Assembly (NCBI GenBank): GCA_030141605.1 | Contig: JAQGDQ010000060.1 | Location: 310,001 to 374,000, forward strand | Origin: Tubiluchus corallicola | Lineage: Eukaryota; Animalia; Priapulida | DNA length: 64,000 bases | Direction of reading: 5' to 3' | Shown: one piece after another, positions 11,964 through 26,149 of the stretch | How positions within the stretch are numbered: position 1 is the stretch's first letter | How the letters are laid out: the number at the start of each line of letters is the position of its first letter | The notes under the pieces: generated by a model | Told to the model about the DNA's origin: nothing | Databases searched by the model: none | What the model saw: the letters and a program-made list of their open reading frames with translations, nothing else | Position numbers and translations under genes: made by a program

Positions 11964-12541
11964 CGATTGCTTTTTGCTCGTCTGATCTGTCAGATGCAAA
12001 TTGTTTGACCAGACCAATTAAGACTACACCAGATTAGACCAATTAAAGCAATCGTTCATTTTTACGTTATCTAATAATTATACTTTTTCATTAATAATTT
12101 TACAGCGGTTCACTGTAAGACAGCTTGTTTCATAAAAGCAACCGTGTGCAGGCAAATTTGTTTCATAAAAGCAACCGTATGCGGGCAAATTTTGTCTGAG
12201 ACAGATTCCGTCAGACAGTTTATTGCAGATAGTTTTTTTACTGTGCGTGACTAGATTACAAACATGAAGGTGGAAAGTTTGCTCTCCTACGAGTCGCGGC
12301 TTCATATGACTTTTATTACTTGTGTCAGCTGTTCGAAAATCCGGGTCGGCTGTTTGCCGTCATGATGCCGATTTACGACGTTGAGGGCGTGATAATTACG
12401 TTTAAGGGTACTTGTAAGAGGAGTTCTACCATCCGTTGACTTTTAGCTAAGGAAGATTTTTTCCAAAGGAGGGACAGAAACTTCGTTTCTTCAGCAACTA
12501 ATTTATACTGCTTTAATAGAATTAAAAAAATGCAAAGCGTC

Positions 12542-12619
12542 CGAGAGAAAGAAATAGGGATAGAGAGAAAGAGAGAGAAAGAGAGAGAAGAGAGAGAGAG
12601 AGAGATAGAAGAGAGAGAT

Positions 12620-12674
<55 letters not shown>

Positions 12675-12766
12675 TGGACAGAGAGGCAGAGAGAGTGGGA
12701 GAGAGACAGATGGACAGAGAGGCAGAGAGAGTGGGAGAGAAAGAAAGCGGGAGAGATAGAAGAGAG

Positions 12767-12827
<61 letters not shown>

Positions 12828-13029
12828 AGAGAGAGAGAGACAGATGGACAGAGAGGCAGAGAGAGTGGGAGAGAGACAGATGGACAGAGAGGCAGAGAGA
12901 GTGGGAGAGAAAGAAAGCGGGAGAGATAGAAGAGAGAGAGATAGGAGAGAGAGACAGAGAGGGGGGAGAGGGGGAGAGAGGGGGGCAGAAAGGGTAAAAC
13001 AAAATAGAGTGCATGAACGAAAAAAAGAC

Positions 13030-13075
<46 letters not shown>

Positions 13076-13155
13076 CGACAAAAAGAAAGAGCGTGAGAAT
13101 TAAAAACGGAGAAAATGAGGAAGATACGAAAGTAAAAGAGAGAGAGGAGGAGGAA
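12542..13155. repeat. Compound (GA)n purine-rich block with an internal duplication of 170-bp period
   Basis: Long GA runs; the atggacagagaggcagagagagtggg... block recurs at 12674 and 12844. Confidence 0.95.
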
Positions 13156-13665
13156 AGAGTGACCCAAAAACACTTCACCCACTGACTGCAGACAGCATGC
13201 AGACTTGAAGCTGTGTAGTTGCAAGTGCAATGCGGCTTCATTTGCTAAAGGCTGCTGCCTGCAGAGATGTTCAGCTTAACAGGGCTTCAAGTGTGCATAC
13301 TGAAACGTGTAGCCTACTAAACTGATACTTTTCAGTTTTAATCTGTATCAGGAATCTAGCAACCATGGACGTACCTTGTCTTCAGAAAAACCTTTTACAC
13401 GCGGACGTCAGACGTACGAATAGCCGTGAACCGCGTTGATACGAGGCTACAGGCCATTTGTTCGCCAATGGACCTGAAGCCAATGGACAATGTCTCATCA
13501 GTCAGATGACAATTGATGCAAAGTTACAAAATATCTACTCTATCTAAAGTTATAAAGTGTCTACTGTTGCTTCACTGTAAGAGCCCAAGAGCAAAACGTT
13601 GAAACTTCTAGTCAAATGCGGACACTTACACCTAACAGAAGCGAAATGCTGAAGTCAAAATTTGT

Positions 13666-14559
13666 ATGGAGATAAATGTGCATAACAGTATAAACCAAGT
13701 TGAGACATTTGAAGAAAGGCGAAAAGTACCCAATATGGATTCACTAAATGATCAAAATAAAATCGAAGTGGCTGATGATCCGTTTTCCTTGGAGTGGAAA
13801 ATCATTCTTGCCATGTCAATGGTCGTGTTTATATTAATGGCCGTTTTTGGAAATGTGATGGTCATACTCACGGTGTTACGACACAAGGGAATGCGGACTC
13901 GAACCAACCTGTTTATCGTCAATCTAGCAGTCGCAGATGCTTTAGTGGCCATTCTGGACATGCCCTTCAGTTTGACCGTAGTGATTCAAGGCAGATGGTA
14001 TCCAATGTCTGATGCCCTGTGCTCTTTTAATGCATTTACCATGGCGCTGTTTTTGATAGCTTCAATACATACGATGATGTACATAGCAATACACAAATAC
14101 ATTTCAATAAAACGACCGTTTAGTCATTTCATGACGCCCAAACGGATTCTTTTAATGATATTCGCCGTTTGGACATGGGCCGGTTTTATTGCTGCTTCGT
14201 TATTCTTTTGGACAGAAGCGAGATACAAACCGGGTGCGACCCAGTGTGGTCCAGTGATTCCAGTGACAAAGCGGTCAAGAGTCCATTCTTACATGGTCAC
14301 AGCTACGTGTTTCGTCGTTCCGCTGGTCATCATGACTTTTTGTTATTGGGGAATTTTTCTTGAGATTGGACGACATTCGGAACGGTTGAAAATACATTCT
14401 ATGTTCGATTCGGAACATGTCCTGGATCAGCAGACACGGATTACAAAAACTCTGGTTTTGGTGCTGGTGTGCTTTGTGTTGTGTTACATGCCATATTTCA
14501 TTTATTCAAACTATCTGAGTGTGGGACAGCATACTTTAATTCCACTGTGGGGAGCACTG
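13666..14559 (+). CDS. Class A GPCR, variable exon A (N-terminus, TM1-TM6, ECL3)
   Basis: GN (TM1), NLAVAD (TM2), Cys in TM3 and ECL2, HKY at the DRY position, W in TM4, P in TM5, FVLCYMP (TM6). Ends CTG|GTAAGT (phase 0). The Met shared with exon B is at 13735. Confidence 0.9.
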
Positions 14560-16442
14560 GTAAGTTATCACTATTTTAAAAATGGAAAATATGCAAAACC
14601 GTGAAAATGTCAGCAGAACAGCTAAACTGTACATGATACCTGCAATAAACACGATTCGATAGAAACAGTTGCGCATACTAGCAACAGAACTAACATTTTT
14701 GATTGATAGTCAAATTACTAATTGGGTAAAGATAGCTGAGTGGGTAGGGTGTGTCCTTAGCAACCAACATTAAATAACGCAAGCGTTGGTCAGGAAATAA
14801 AATCGTGATTGCCAAAAAAAAAAACTTCTGGATAGTTTCTTCTGGCAAACTTCTACCTACTTGGGCATTTGCACCAGTGAGAGAGACTGAAGCCAGTTTA
14901 TTTTGATCCGCAGATTGGTTAGTTGACAACACGTCACTTCTTTTATTTGAATCTGTTCATACCTTGCCTTGTTCACTCTGTGTTTCTTCCACAAACTGTA
15001 CCTTTGTTTTTCCACTGCTGACCTCCTCAAATGTACCCCACTGATTTATTGCTAAATGTATTTCCTGCGCGCCCTTACAATTACTATCAACAAGCTATTC
15101 TTTGTCTAGTAGGAAAGTCACTGCTTTATAATAACTGGATGTGGTTAAACCATATCAATGTGTAGATCCAGTGAATATCCAGTGGTGAGAAGCAGAGACA
15201 CGTTACTATCTACCCCACCCCCTTTTTCAATGGATCCACCAATTTCATCTGAATGTGCACCTGTATCAACTGTTAAGTTCACATAGCATGCATGTGAAAT
15301 ACCCAGATTGCTGTGAGTTTATGACACGTTGTCGAAAAGGTGTTACTTTCCCATCACATTTCGATGAGATGTTAGACAAAATTTCGAATCTTATTTATTG
15401 TTCGGCTGAGACTTAATAACTGTCCTAAGTAGAAACAAAAAAAAACTATCTAAGCGCTTTTGATGATGTTTCATCAGCCAAAGAATTTTACAACAAACCA
15501 GCCCACTGAACGTAGCAAAAGTAAGGGGTTGGCAAATATCTCTGACACTTTCTTCGCTAGAAGTACATATTCTTTTGGGCCAAATGACAATAGTAAAATG
15601 TGTAAATTTGTCTTATGCCCAGTAGTTGCTGCAAAATCTTCTAATGGAACCAAGAACCTTCTGGAAAGAACTAACCAGCTGTATGGAATAGCTCGATTAT
15701 GAAGTTAAGCAATGCAACAGCGTACTGGTAAATGGATAGAACACTCAAACGTCTTGCTAAAATCATCAATTCTTGAATAAATTAAGAAATGTTTCACAAA
15801 AAGTAGCAATTTTCACCAGAAAACCATTTCTTTACAAAGAGATCTTTGAAGGTGGTTCTTAATTTAAACATAGTGTAATAAGGACAGAGTTTGTCGGCTT
15901 TGTTGAAGAACCATGCAAACACCTACTGTTTTCCTAAAAGAGCAAACAGAACAATACATGCAGAAGTGATCGAGTCTACTTATCAAATGGATATATGGTT
16001 GTAGTCTGCGCCGACAAATTAAAGTTATCAGTTTCTGAGTGGGGTCGAGGCTAATAATTTTCCACATAAGCTTACCAGGAATATTAGTGCCTGTTGGCTC
16101 ATTGTTAAACAGTCGAATATCATCCGTGGAAGATTTCATAGGTTTAAAATCTAAGAGCTAAAGAGTTCTCTGCAAACCTGTTAACTTTGTATTTACAGGA
16201 AATAGGAAATAAACCCATTAAACCAGGAAACAAACTGATTCCAGTTATTGTCAATTGGCAGGTGAGACGGAGGTTTAAAGTTAGGAAACAGTGAACTTTG
16301 GTTTTACGTTCTTTCAATAATTCTTAGCGTTTAAATCGACTAAAGCAACTGAATAGTTATGTATGTTATCAAGATTACTAGTAATAGCAGCATTAGTCGT
16401 ACAATGAGTTTACATAATTTAACGCCGTAAGACTAACGCCGT

Positions 16443-17279
16443 ATGAAATTTACTAGTATGGATCCATCAAATAACCAAAGCAAAATTAAGGAGGCTGACG
16501 ATCCATTCTCCTTGGAGTGGAAAGTCATTCTTGCTACGTTAATGGTCGTGTTTATATTAATGGCCTTTTTTGGAAATGTGATGGTTATACTGACAGTGTT
16601 AAGGCACAAGGGAATGCGGACTCGAACTAATATGTTCGTGGTCAACCTGGCAATCACTGATGCCCTCGTGGCCATTCTGGACATGCCCTTCAGTTTGACC
16701 GTAGTGATTCAAGGCAGATGGTATCCAATGTCTGATGCCCTGTGCTCTTTTAATGCATTTACCATGGCGCTGTTTTTGATAGCTTCAATACATACGATGA
16801 TGTACATAGCAATACACAGGTACATTTCAATAACACGGCCATTTAGTCGTTTCATGACGCCCAAACGTATTCTTGCAATGATATTCGCTGCTTGGACGTG
16901 GGCAGGTTTCATTGCTGCTTCTTTATTCTTTTGGACGGAAGCTGGTTACAAGCCGGGTTCGACCCAGTGTGGGCCTGTGATTCCGCGAACAAAACGATCA
17001 AAAATTCATTCTTACACAGTGACAGTTACTTGCTTCGTTATTCCATTAGTGATCATGACGTTTTGCTACTGCAGCATCTTTCACAAGATCCGGCGGAATT
17101 CCAGACGAATGAAAACGAGTACGAGAACGGATCCGAATCGTACGTTAGATCAACAGACACGTGTTACCATAACCCTGGTCTTAGTGCTACTGTGTTTTGT
17201 TATATGCTACTTGCCATATTTTATTTACGCAAACTATTTGGGCATAGGAGGTACATTGATTCCATTGTGGGGTGCATTA
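16443..17279 (+). CDS. Class A GPCR, variable exon B (paralogous to exon A)
   Basis: Colinear with exon A; NLAITD, HRY, FVICYLP. Ends TTA|GTAAGT (phase 0) at the same protein position (IPLWGAL). The shared Met is at 16458. Confidence 0.92.
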
Positions 17280-17477
17280 GTAAGTACTGTTTTATATTTC
17301 TTTTAGCTGATATCTTGGCAGGATAATTTCCTTTTATTAAAGGGCTTAAAGCATGAAGACAGATTTTAACCACAGTATCAAGATTTAATAAACCGAAATA
17401 GCAATAATTGTATTAAGTGAATGTGTAAAATGGATTCTATAATAGTTATGCGATGGTCAACAATTTCGGTCTGACTC

Positions 17478-17692
17478 AGGGCTTATTTCAGCCTAGGCGA
17501 GGCCCGGGGAAGTGGGCGTGTGAGGCCCCATCAGGGGGGGGGGCGCTACCATGGTTGCGCCCAGAAAAATTTTGAACTGTTAGAACGCCGGAGGAGCTTT
17601 TTCGAAGCAAAAAAATGTTACTTTGGCGCGAGGCCCCCTGGAGGGTGAGGCCCCGGGGAAGTATCCCCACTTCCCCCCTTGAAATAGGCAGT
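17478..17692. mobile_element. Short GC-rich hAT-like MITE in the GPCR intron
   Basis: Imperfect TIRs cagggcttatttca / tgaaataggcagtg; cggtctg occurs on both flanks (possible degraded TSD). Confidence 0.45.
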
Positions 17693-18720
17693 GCGGTCTG
17701 TACATCCATCTTGGTCGAGGAGCACCTATGTTAGAAATCAAAGCTGTAGTAACCTCTGCCTCTGTAGTAACCGCTTTTATACCGACATTCCAGGTCAACT
17801 GGCTTCTCACACTATGTGTAGGTCCAAACAAGATGTCCTGTTAACCTGGAAATAGGGGGCACTATGTCTGACCTGACAACAGGTGCTTCCGTAACAGTAT
17901 TTTCTGTTGCTCAAGACTTACGCATTCATGAGGGTTTCTTCGATACATTTATATTCAGTAATTACCTGTCATTTTTAGAAAGAAAGTGTCGAATAGCACA
18001 GCAGTGTATTCGTTTTTTGTGTCTGTTCTGCACTTTAGAGTTGTGCAAAGCAGAAATCCGCCAGACGGCAGTAAGTTATAATTTAGCATTTTAGCTTAAA
18101 GAGAAAGAAAAAGGAAATTTTAAGTATCTCCAAAGAGCTTTTCGTGAAAGTTACATTATGCTTATACTTACGTATTTGAAACTGAAAGATACACGTAATC
18201 GGGGAAAAGAACATTCTTAATAATTTAAATGTGCGCGCCATCTGGTCAAACAAATTTCATCGTCGTCCCAGTATGCACCACTGATTCACCAAAAACATAT
18301 TATTGATCTTATTGGCAATATGATGTAATTTAAACTTACGAATGCTTTCGTTATTTTTTTCATACTTGCCTAATGTTATCTAAACTTGTTCCAAATGACG
18401 TGACTGCGCCCAACGTTCATCGCGGGAGTGTTAAATTTACAAGGTTTATACAACATGACTTAATAACTGCAGCGTTGCTGCAAACTCAAGCTCTGTATGC
18501 AATAAGACAACATATAAACAGCATAAAGTTTCAAACTTTATTTACGAAGAGTGTTTTCTTGTGCTTTAAGTTTTTTCCTTTATTTCAAATCCTCTTCCAA
18601 GTTGTGAAAGAGAATCCTCTATGAATAACACAGAAGATATGTCTCTGCCACGTTTGGTTGCTTATACATCCTTTCCTAAACCAGAGAAAAGCTGGGGCTG
18701 CATAACATATACGCCGGAAC

Positions 18721-18817
18721 GAAGCCAACAATCTTGTGGCCACCCATCCACTTACTAAGCAGGCACAGTGCTCGTTGACTTACTGAGCGCTAAGTACACA
18801 CCGTCACCACTCAGCTA
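18721..18817 (-). mobile_element. 5S rRNA-derived repeat fragment (SINE3-like)
   Basis: ggccacccatccacttactaagcaggcacagtgctcgttgactt resembles the reverse complement of the 5S internal control region (GGTCTCCCATCCAAGTACTAACCAGGCCCGACCCTGCTTAGCTT). The adjoining motif gtacacaccgtcaccactcagctat recurs at about 46066-46090. Confidence 0.55.
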
Positions 18818-18867
18818 TGTTCCTGTATAGTACGCTCCTGTATAATTACCTAATATTGTTTGAACAG

Positions 18868-18994
18868 GCTTACTGGTGTGGTTATGCTAACTCTGTCTGT
18901 AATCCACTTATCTACGCGTGGAGGAGTCCCTCATTTCGTCAGGGATACCTGGAGATTCTCTGTCGACGGAAGTATACACACAGCGTAAGAGATG
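18868..18994 (+). CDS. Class A GPCR constant exon: TM7 (NPLIY) and helix 8
   Basis: Acceptor tttgaacag|GCT in phase 0; encodes AYWCGYANSVCNPLIYAWRSPSFRQGYLEILCRRKYTHSVRD; ends G|GTAAGT (phase 1). Confidence 0.92.
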
Positions 18995-19154
18995 GTAAGT
19001 ATGTGGGCGTAATGTACATCTTATCTCCTACGCTAAGTAGCACAGTTCCTGTTGCGAATAGGTTCCAATATTGTAAGGCAGTTAACTAATATTATTTTCC
19101 TTGGGTGAATGTAGTTGACAGCTCCTACAGGATGTGCAGTTGCCTTCCAAATGA

Positions 19155-19376
19155 TTTTGAACATTCTGCTCTCATACTTCAATTTATTTTAAACATTCTG
19201 TTCTGATACTTCAATTTATTTTGAACATTCTGCTCTCATAGTTCAATTTATTTTAAACATTCTGTTCTGATACTTCAAATTATTTTGAACATTCTGCTCT
19301 CATACTTCAATTTATTTTGAACATTCTGCTCTCATACTTCAATTTATTTTGAACATTCTGGTCTGATACTATAATT
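19155..19376. repeat. 32-bp minisatellite, about 7 copies
   Basis: Unit ttttgaacattctgctctcatacttcaattta. Confidence 0.9.
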
Positions 19377-22105
19377 TGTACCGGAGTTATGGCCACCTAA
19401 GTGTTTAATTAAAATCTGGAGGTGTTTAAGCCATTTTCTTATAATCGGCCTGCTACATTTACAACACTGTTTTCTAGTTCTGTTAACAGGAATTCAGGAA
19501 GTACCGTATTGTTGGTTTCCCAAGACTTCCTTGTAGTGATTATGGACTAATAATGTTGTGGCACATAAAGTATGTTTACATAGACATGGTATGATCAGTC
19601 CTGAGGGATATTGCTCTACCGTTGCATCATAAACTGCAAATAAGTGCTATAAAGCTTGATTATAAAAGTGACGGCATTTGCCATAAAATTTGTTATTAGA
19701 ATGTAATACCACTTAAACCTAGTTTGCATGTTCGTCCGTCTAGCTACTTGTGGATATATCGAGCATGTACATCTTGTTAGGTATTCATGTTTCTGTTTGC
19801 TTGTTTGTTTGTCTGTCTATGTGTTTGCTTGTTTCTTTGTTTTTATGTGTCTGTATGGTTGTTTGTTTATTTTCCTACACAGGCGTGACGTGTGTGTACT
19901 TCAAGGCGTACGTAGCCCTAATGTGCTTAGCCAGGAAGCGTGGGATGGGGGATAGGGTAAATAGTGTACGTAGAAAACAGTGCAATAAGATATTAAGTAC
20001 AAAGCATTTGAAGCAACAAATTTAATGAGTTATTCAATGGACACAGGACAAGAGAGGGACATGACCAAAATTGACCGACTCGGCTGCGTTTAGCGGAGAT
20101 TAAATGTGTTTTGACAGAGGAGTAATGATCAAGTCTCAAGTGAGTCAAAAGATTATTAGGTTGACTGGATCCATTAGACAATAATCAGTGAGCAAGTAGA
20201 ACAAACAGAACAGATTAATAGTCTAAAAGAACTTAATTCCAGAATTATAACAAGCACGAACACCTATGATATTAAGGTAAATAGGAAAAGCGAAGTTACT
20301 TATGCACGTCATGTATTATTCACTCATTTTAGTGTGTGCCTGGACACCTAAAGTCCTTTTCTTTTCATAATAGCTTTCCTGTGTCAACAGGTCTAATGCA
20401 GTTTACAGGCTTGTGTCCACACTAAAGAGCTTGACAGCAAAACAGCATATGAGTAAGCCAGTTATCAGGTCTGTGGTCGCGAAGAACCTGTTCCTTACCG
20501 GTGACATAGTTATACCAAGGCTTCTTGGCCATTAAGATGACTGTAGTTTCTGATGGTTCAATAGATTGCGTTTCCAGCGCTGAAGTAATTCACCCAGACT
20601 GTCAGTCACAATTTTTTCAACTTTTTAACTCCAAATTAGTTTAAGTTTCTGAAAGTATTTATCCAATTAAGTTGAAATTCGGTGGGATCAAACAGGGACG
20701 TGGTTTTCGCTCAAGGCTAAAAATTTGTTAGAAATCCTTAATAAGTTAATTAACTAGAGCTGTTTAATTGGTGAATTTTAAATTTCAATTTCCAATTTCA
20801 AATGTCTTTATCTAATTGAGTCGAAATTTCTTATGAGGATTAGCTAAGATGTCTTTGGTTCAAAACAAGAAATTTGTAGCAATCTGTTAAATTAGTTAAA
20901 TAATTAAAGCTGCTTAAACCTGTTTAATTAATTAATTAATTAATATTAAATTGGTTGAAATCCCATGTTCCCACAATTCAATTGAGCTGAGATTTGTGTT
21001 CAGATCTCGTTAAGCTGATTCTATTATTTATTCAATGTGTTTGTATCTCTCCCTGTGACATCGATATTATAGGAGCGCTTGTTTCTATTTAAATATTCAG
21101 TAGCGCCTAAATGCATCCGTAATCAATAGATGTAGTTTTTTCTTGTAATTATGTAGGTGCAGGCCTGTGTAATATGTAGTGACAGGATCTTCTTAACGTA
21201 GGTGCTTGTGGCAGGGCCGGAATCTATCTAATTAGATAGGTTAATCCTTTGAACCGCAGAGGTATTACGTTCAGTTATATTCGGATGAGTAAACGTCCTC
21301 CCTCTAATGCTGGAAAGCAGTATTGCAGAAGAAACTGTTGATTGTGGCGTGTTTCTACACGCTTGGGTGTTCAATTGGGTTCAAACATGCACCGCAGTGC
21401 AGTGTAGCGATATGTAAGTGGGGTAAATGGCTTCATATGCGTTTCGTCGTGCATTCCTTTACGCGCTGACTGCAGTTTAAGTTTCACGCCCTGCAGTATG
21501 CTGTCGGTGTTTGTTAATGAGCTGTGTAATGTATCCGTTTCTCTGTTAATGACCTGATAAGATTCGTCACTTCTGTTCGCCTGTGTTAGATCTATTTGAT
21601 CTGTGAGATCTTTACCTTTTAAGCTACGACTCCATGTGCAGCTAAAGCATAATGCGTGATCTGTGATCCGTAATGCGTGATGCGTATTGACTGTTTCCAT
21701 TTGTCCGTAAACGCTATGCGTATTAGTAAAGCTCACGGCGCTCTTTCCGTCATTTTTGGCCGCTTTTCGTGAAAATTACAAGCAATTTTTGGAAAATTTG
21801 TCCCTGTCGAAATTTAAGCATGATAATTACAGCTGCGCCATTAGCTTATTATTGTACTATTACATGGAAAAGAAAGTACAGGTTTTGTGTGAGCAAAATT
21901 TTATAAGGGAGAGAACAATACGACAGGCATCATCATTTAGTGAAAGAACTGAAGTTAGGTGCACAACTACATGCTTCTTCCACCTTTCAAAAATTCGAAT
22001 AGAAAAAATATTATACGTCCTAAAGTGACAAAAACTCACATAAGTAGAATTTGCAGAAGTAGCGTTTGTACAAGTTTGGTTTATAGGTGTGGGTTGGGTG
22101 TTGTA

Positions 22106-23170
<1,065 letters not shown>

Positions 23171-25187
23171 TGTCTTGGCACTAGTCACGTGATGACGTTG
23201 ATTTGCCCTTTGCGTGCAATAAGCTGCGTTGTTCGCGCAATTTAACTAAAAACGTCCGATAAATTTTCTTTCCATTTTCGTTTTCTTTTCGCTGGTCGGT
23301 CTAAAGCTATAAGATTAGATTGCAGTATGGCGTGAACGAATGATGTAACACTGAGCTCTAGGGATTGCTTGCACGGCGGCACGCTGATATTTAAGGACTT
23401 ACTTCGAACTATTCATGTCTGTGTCAAACCAATGTGACGCTTTTTCTGTGTTTCGTGAGCTCCTGTGTTTGTTAATACTGCAAATCTAATAAAATTAAAT
23501 TACAGTATGGCGTGAACGGATGACAATAATGCAGAACTGTTGGAATTATTTGCATGATGGCACTGATAATTAAAGGGGAAGAAAGGGCAATGTTAAAGTA
23601 TGGCCCAAAAAACTTTCCATACCAAGTTATATTACTTAGCATTACGCTTAACCTGTTTGAAAGACTTGTGCAACTAGAAAAGAAAATTTTTTCAATTTGG
23701 AATGTTTTCACTAACTGGTAAAATGTCGTTGACTCGCGTTCCCAGTGAACACCAAAAAGGCATCTTTAATCTTATCGACAAGATTAAAGTTTGCTTAATG
23801 AGTGAAGAGTGCGCTACGAATGCTCTGATTATTTTTTCAAACTACCCAATGTTTTAAAACTTCTTTTAAATAACTTATTGTCAAAATGGCTGCACCTAAC
23901 GGCCGTCGAGGGAGTTTAAATTTACAAGTTTTATGTTCGTTACTGCCAACGCAAGTCCTGTATACAATAAGATAACATGTAAGTGGTACAAAATTTCAAG
24001 ACGAATGTTTAAGCTTTATGTAAGTGAAGGATTTTCTTGTGCTGTAAGAGCTTACTTCAGCCTGTTCATGACTAGGTCAAACAAAGTTGGGGCTATTTCT
24101 GTATATTGAGCTAACACGTCTGTTAATTACAGTAAATCCAATGCTCGCATTGAAGAATATTAACTCTTTACCCTCTGTGTCTAATAGTTCATGTATAAAA
24201 TTGTGCAAAAATACCCGAATGATCTGCTAGTTGTGGTTTGGTAGGTTGTGTGTTTTAACTTCCTGTTCTGCATTGCAGGAACAAATCAGCTTGCGGTACT
24301 AACTGGCTCTGCTGTAATTCAATACGCAACCGCCGTTTAACTCTTTACTCTATCTTTACTAACACATGCTAGTTCCTAATTACAGGTGAGATGTGTGTTA
24401 GTGGTGTGATGCCACTGTCTTTGTGTTGCACATGTCACGTGATATGTTTCCACACCTCGAGTTTTGTGCATTGTCACGCTGAAGCATGATATTAATGCTG
24501 AAACAGTGACACGGTTTACTAAACTGGTAGTGTGTCATTTTTCTAGTCTGTATTATAAAGAGTACTATATGGTGATCTACCTGAACACGAATTCTATTGT
24601 GTTGTGCAGTATGTAAAGTAGAAAGTTCTATTTTATTCCCCACTGTCATTAATTTTTTTCCGTTATTATGATGACCTCATCAAATGAACAGGAGTTTTCC
24701 AAAACGTCCGAAGTACTTACATTTGTGTAGTTCAGTAAACGGTTCCCAGAGGCGCTGCATCCTAGAAAATTATATTAACAACCTAAGACTAATACCAACC
24801 ATTCGCCTGAGCACAGATTCTAGGAGAATAGTTCTTACCCTCTGTTATCCCTGACACCATATATAATCACTGACAAGAAAGGGTACCCAATGACATAAGG
24901 GGAAAAAACTTTTATGTTTAAAAGAGATATGTAAATCATTTGTAACGATTTCATTGCAAGAGTACTGCCCAAACTAGTGTCATGCCCCAGTAGTAGTAAT
25001 AACATATTCATAAGCCCTAAGCTTCATCAAAACATGTCTACGCTCTACCAGTCCAACTTTGCAAATCACTGTTTTAGGATGAAAAATGCTGCTGTTAAAA
25101 TGCATTTTTACCGTGTTATTTTTATAAGAATTGGAAAGTACGCACGCTGCCAAAGCTTGATAGCGATAGCGGGCTACATTAAACGGT

Positions 25188-26075
25188 TTTAAACCATGGA
25201 TGTAAAGTTTAAACAATGGCTGTAAAGTTTAAACCATGGATGTAAAGTTTAAACCATGGATGTAAAGTTTGAACCATGGATGTAAAGTTTAAACCATGCA
25301 TGTAAAACTTAAACCATGGATGTAAAGTTTAAACCATGGATGTAAAGTTTAAACCATGAATGTAAAGTTTGAACCATGGATGTAAAGTTTAAACCATGGA
25401 TGTAAAGTTTAAACCATGGATGTAAAGTTTAAACCATGGATGTAAAGTGTGGACCATGGATGTAAAACTTAAACCATGGATGTAAAGTTTAAACCATGGA
25501 TGTAAAGTTCAAACCATAGATGTAAAGTTTAAACCATGGATGTAAAGTTTAAACCATGAATGTAAAGTTTGAACCATGGATGTAAAGTTTAAACCATGGA
25601 TGTAAAGTTTAAACCATGGATATAAAGTTTAAACTATGGATGTAAAACTTAAACCATGGATGTAAAGTTTAAACCATGGATGTAAAGTTTAAACCATGGG
25701 TGTAAAGTTTAAACCATGGATGTAAAGCTTAAACCATGGATGTAAAGTTTAAACCATGGATGTAAAATTTAACCATGGATGTAAAGTTTAAACCATGGAT
25801 GTAAAGTTTAAACCATGGATGTAAAGCTTAAACCATGGATGTAAAGTTTAAACCATGGATGTAAAGTTTAAACCATGGATATAAAGTTTAAACCATGGAT
25901 GTAAAACTTAAACCATGGATGTAAAGTTTAAACCATGGATATAAAGTTTAAACCATGGCTGTAAAGTTTAAACCATGGATGTAAAGTTTAAACCATGGAT
26001 GTAAAGTTTAAACCATGGATGTAAAGTTTAAACCATGGATGTAAAGTTTAAACGATGAATGTAAAACTTAAACCA
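25188..26075. repeat. 20-bp minisatellite, about 44 copies
   Basis: Unit aaaccatggatgtaaagttt, head to tail with no spacers. Confidence 0.95.
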
Positions 26076-26149
26076 ATCATTTGTATGTATTCCTATACTC
26101 CATCTTCTTTAATAATCCAGTAAAAGAGAATAACTTCATAACACCATAA

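Noticed and set aside
12373-13241. Ser/Leu- and Arg/Glu-rich ORFs
   Set aside because: Translations of the (GA)n block.
14560-14604. ORF-track C-termini of the GPCR exons (VSYHYFKNGKYAKP; also VSTVLYFF at 17280-17306) as ends of two complete 6TM genes
   Set aside because: Similarity between the copies stops at a canonical GTAAGT donor, so these are read-through into introns. TM7 is encoded at 18868.
25188-26075. CRISPR-like look of the regular arrays (also 49643-49817 and 44051-44455)
   Set aside because: Head-to-tail units with no unique spacers, no cas genes, and a eukaryotic context.
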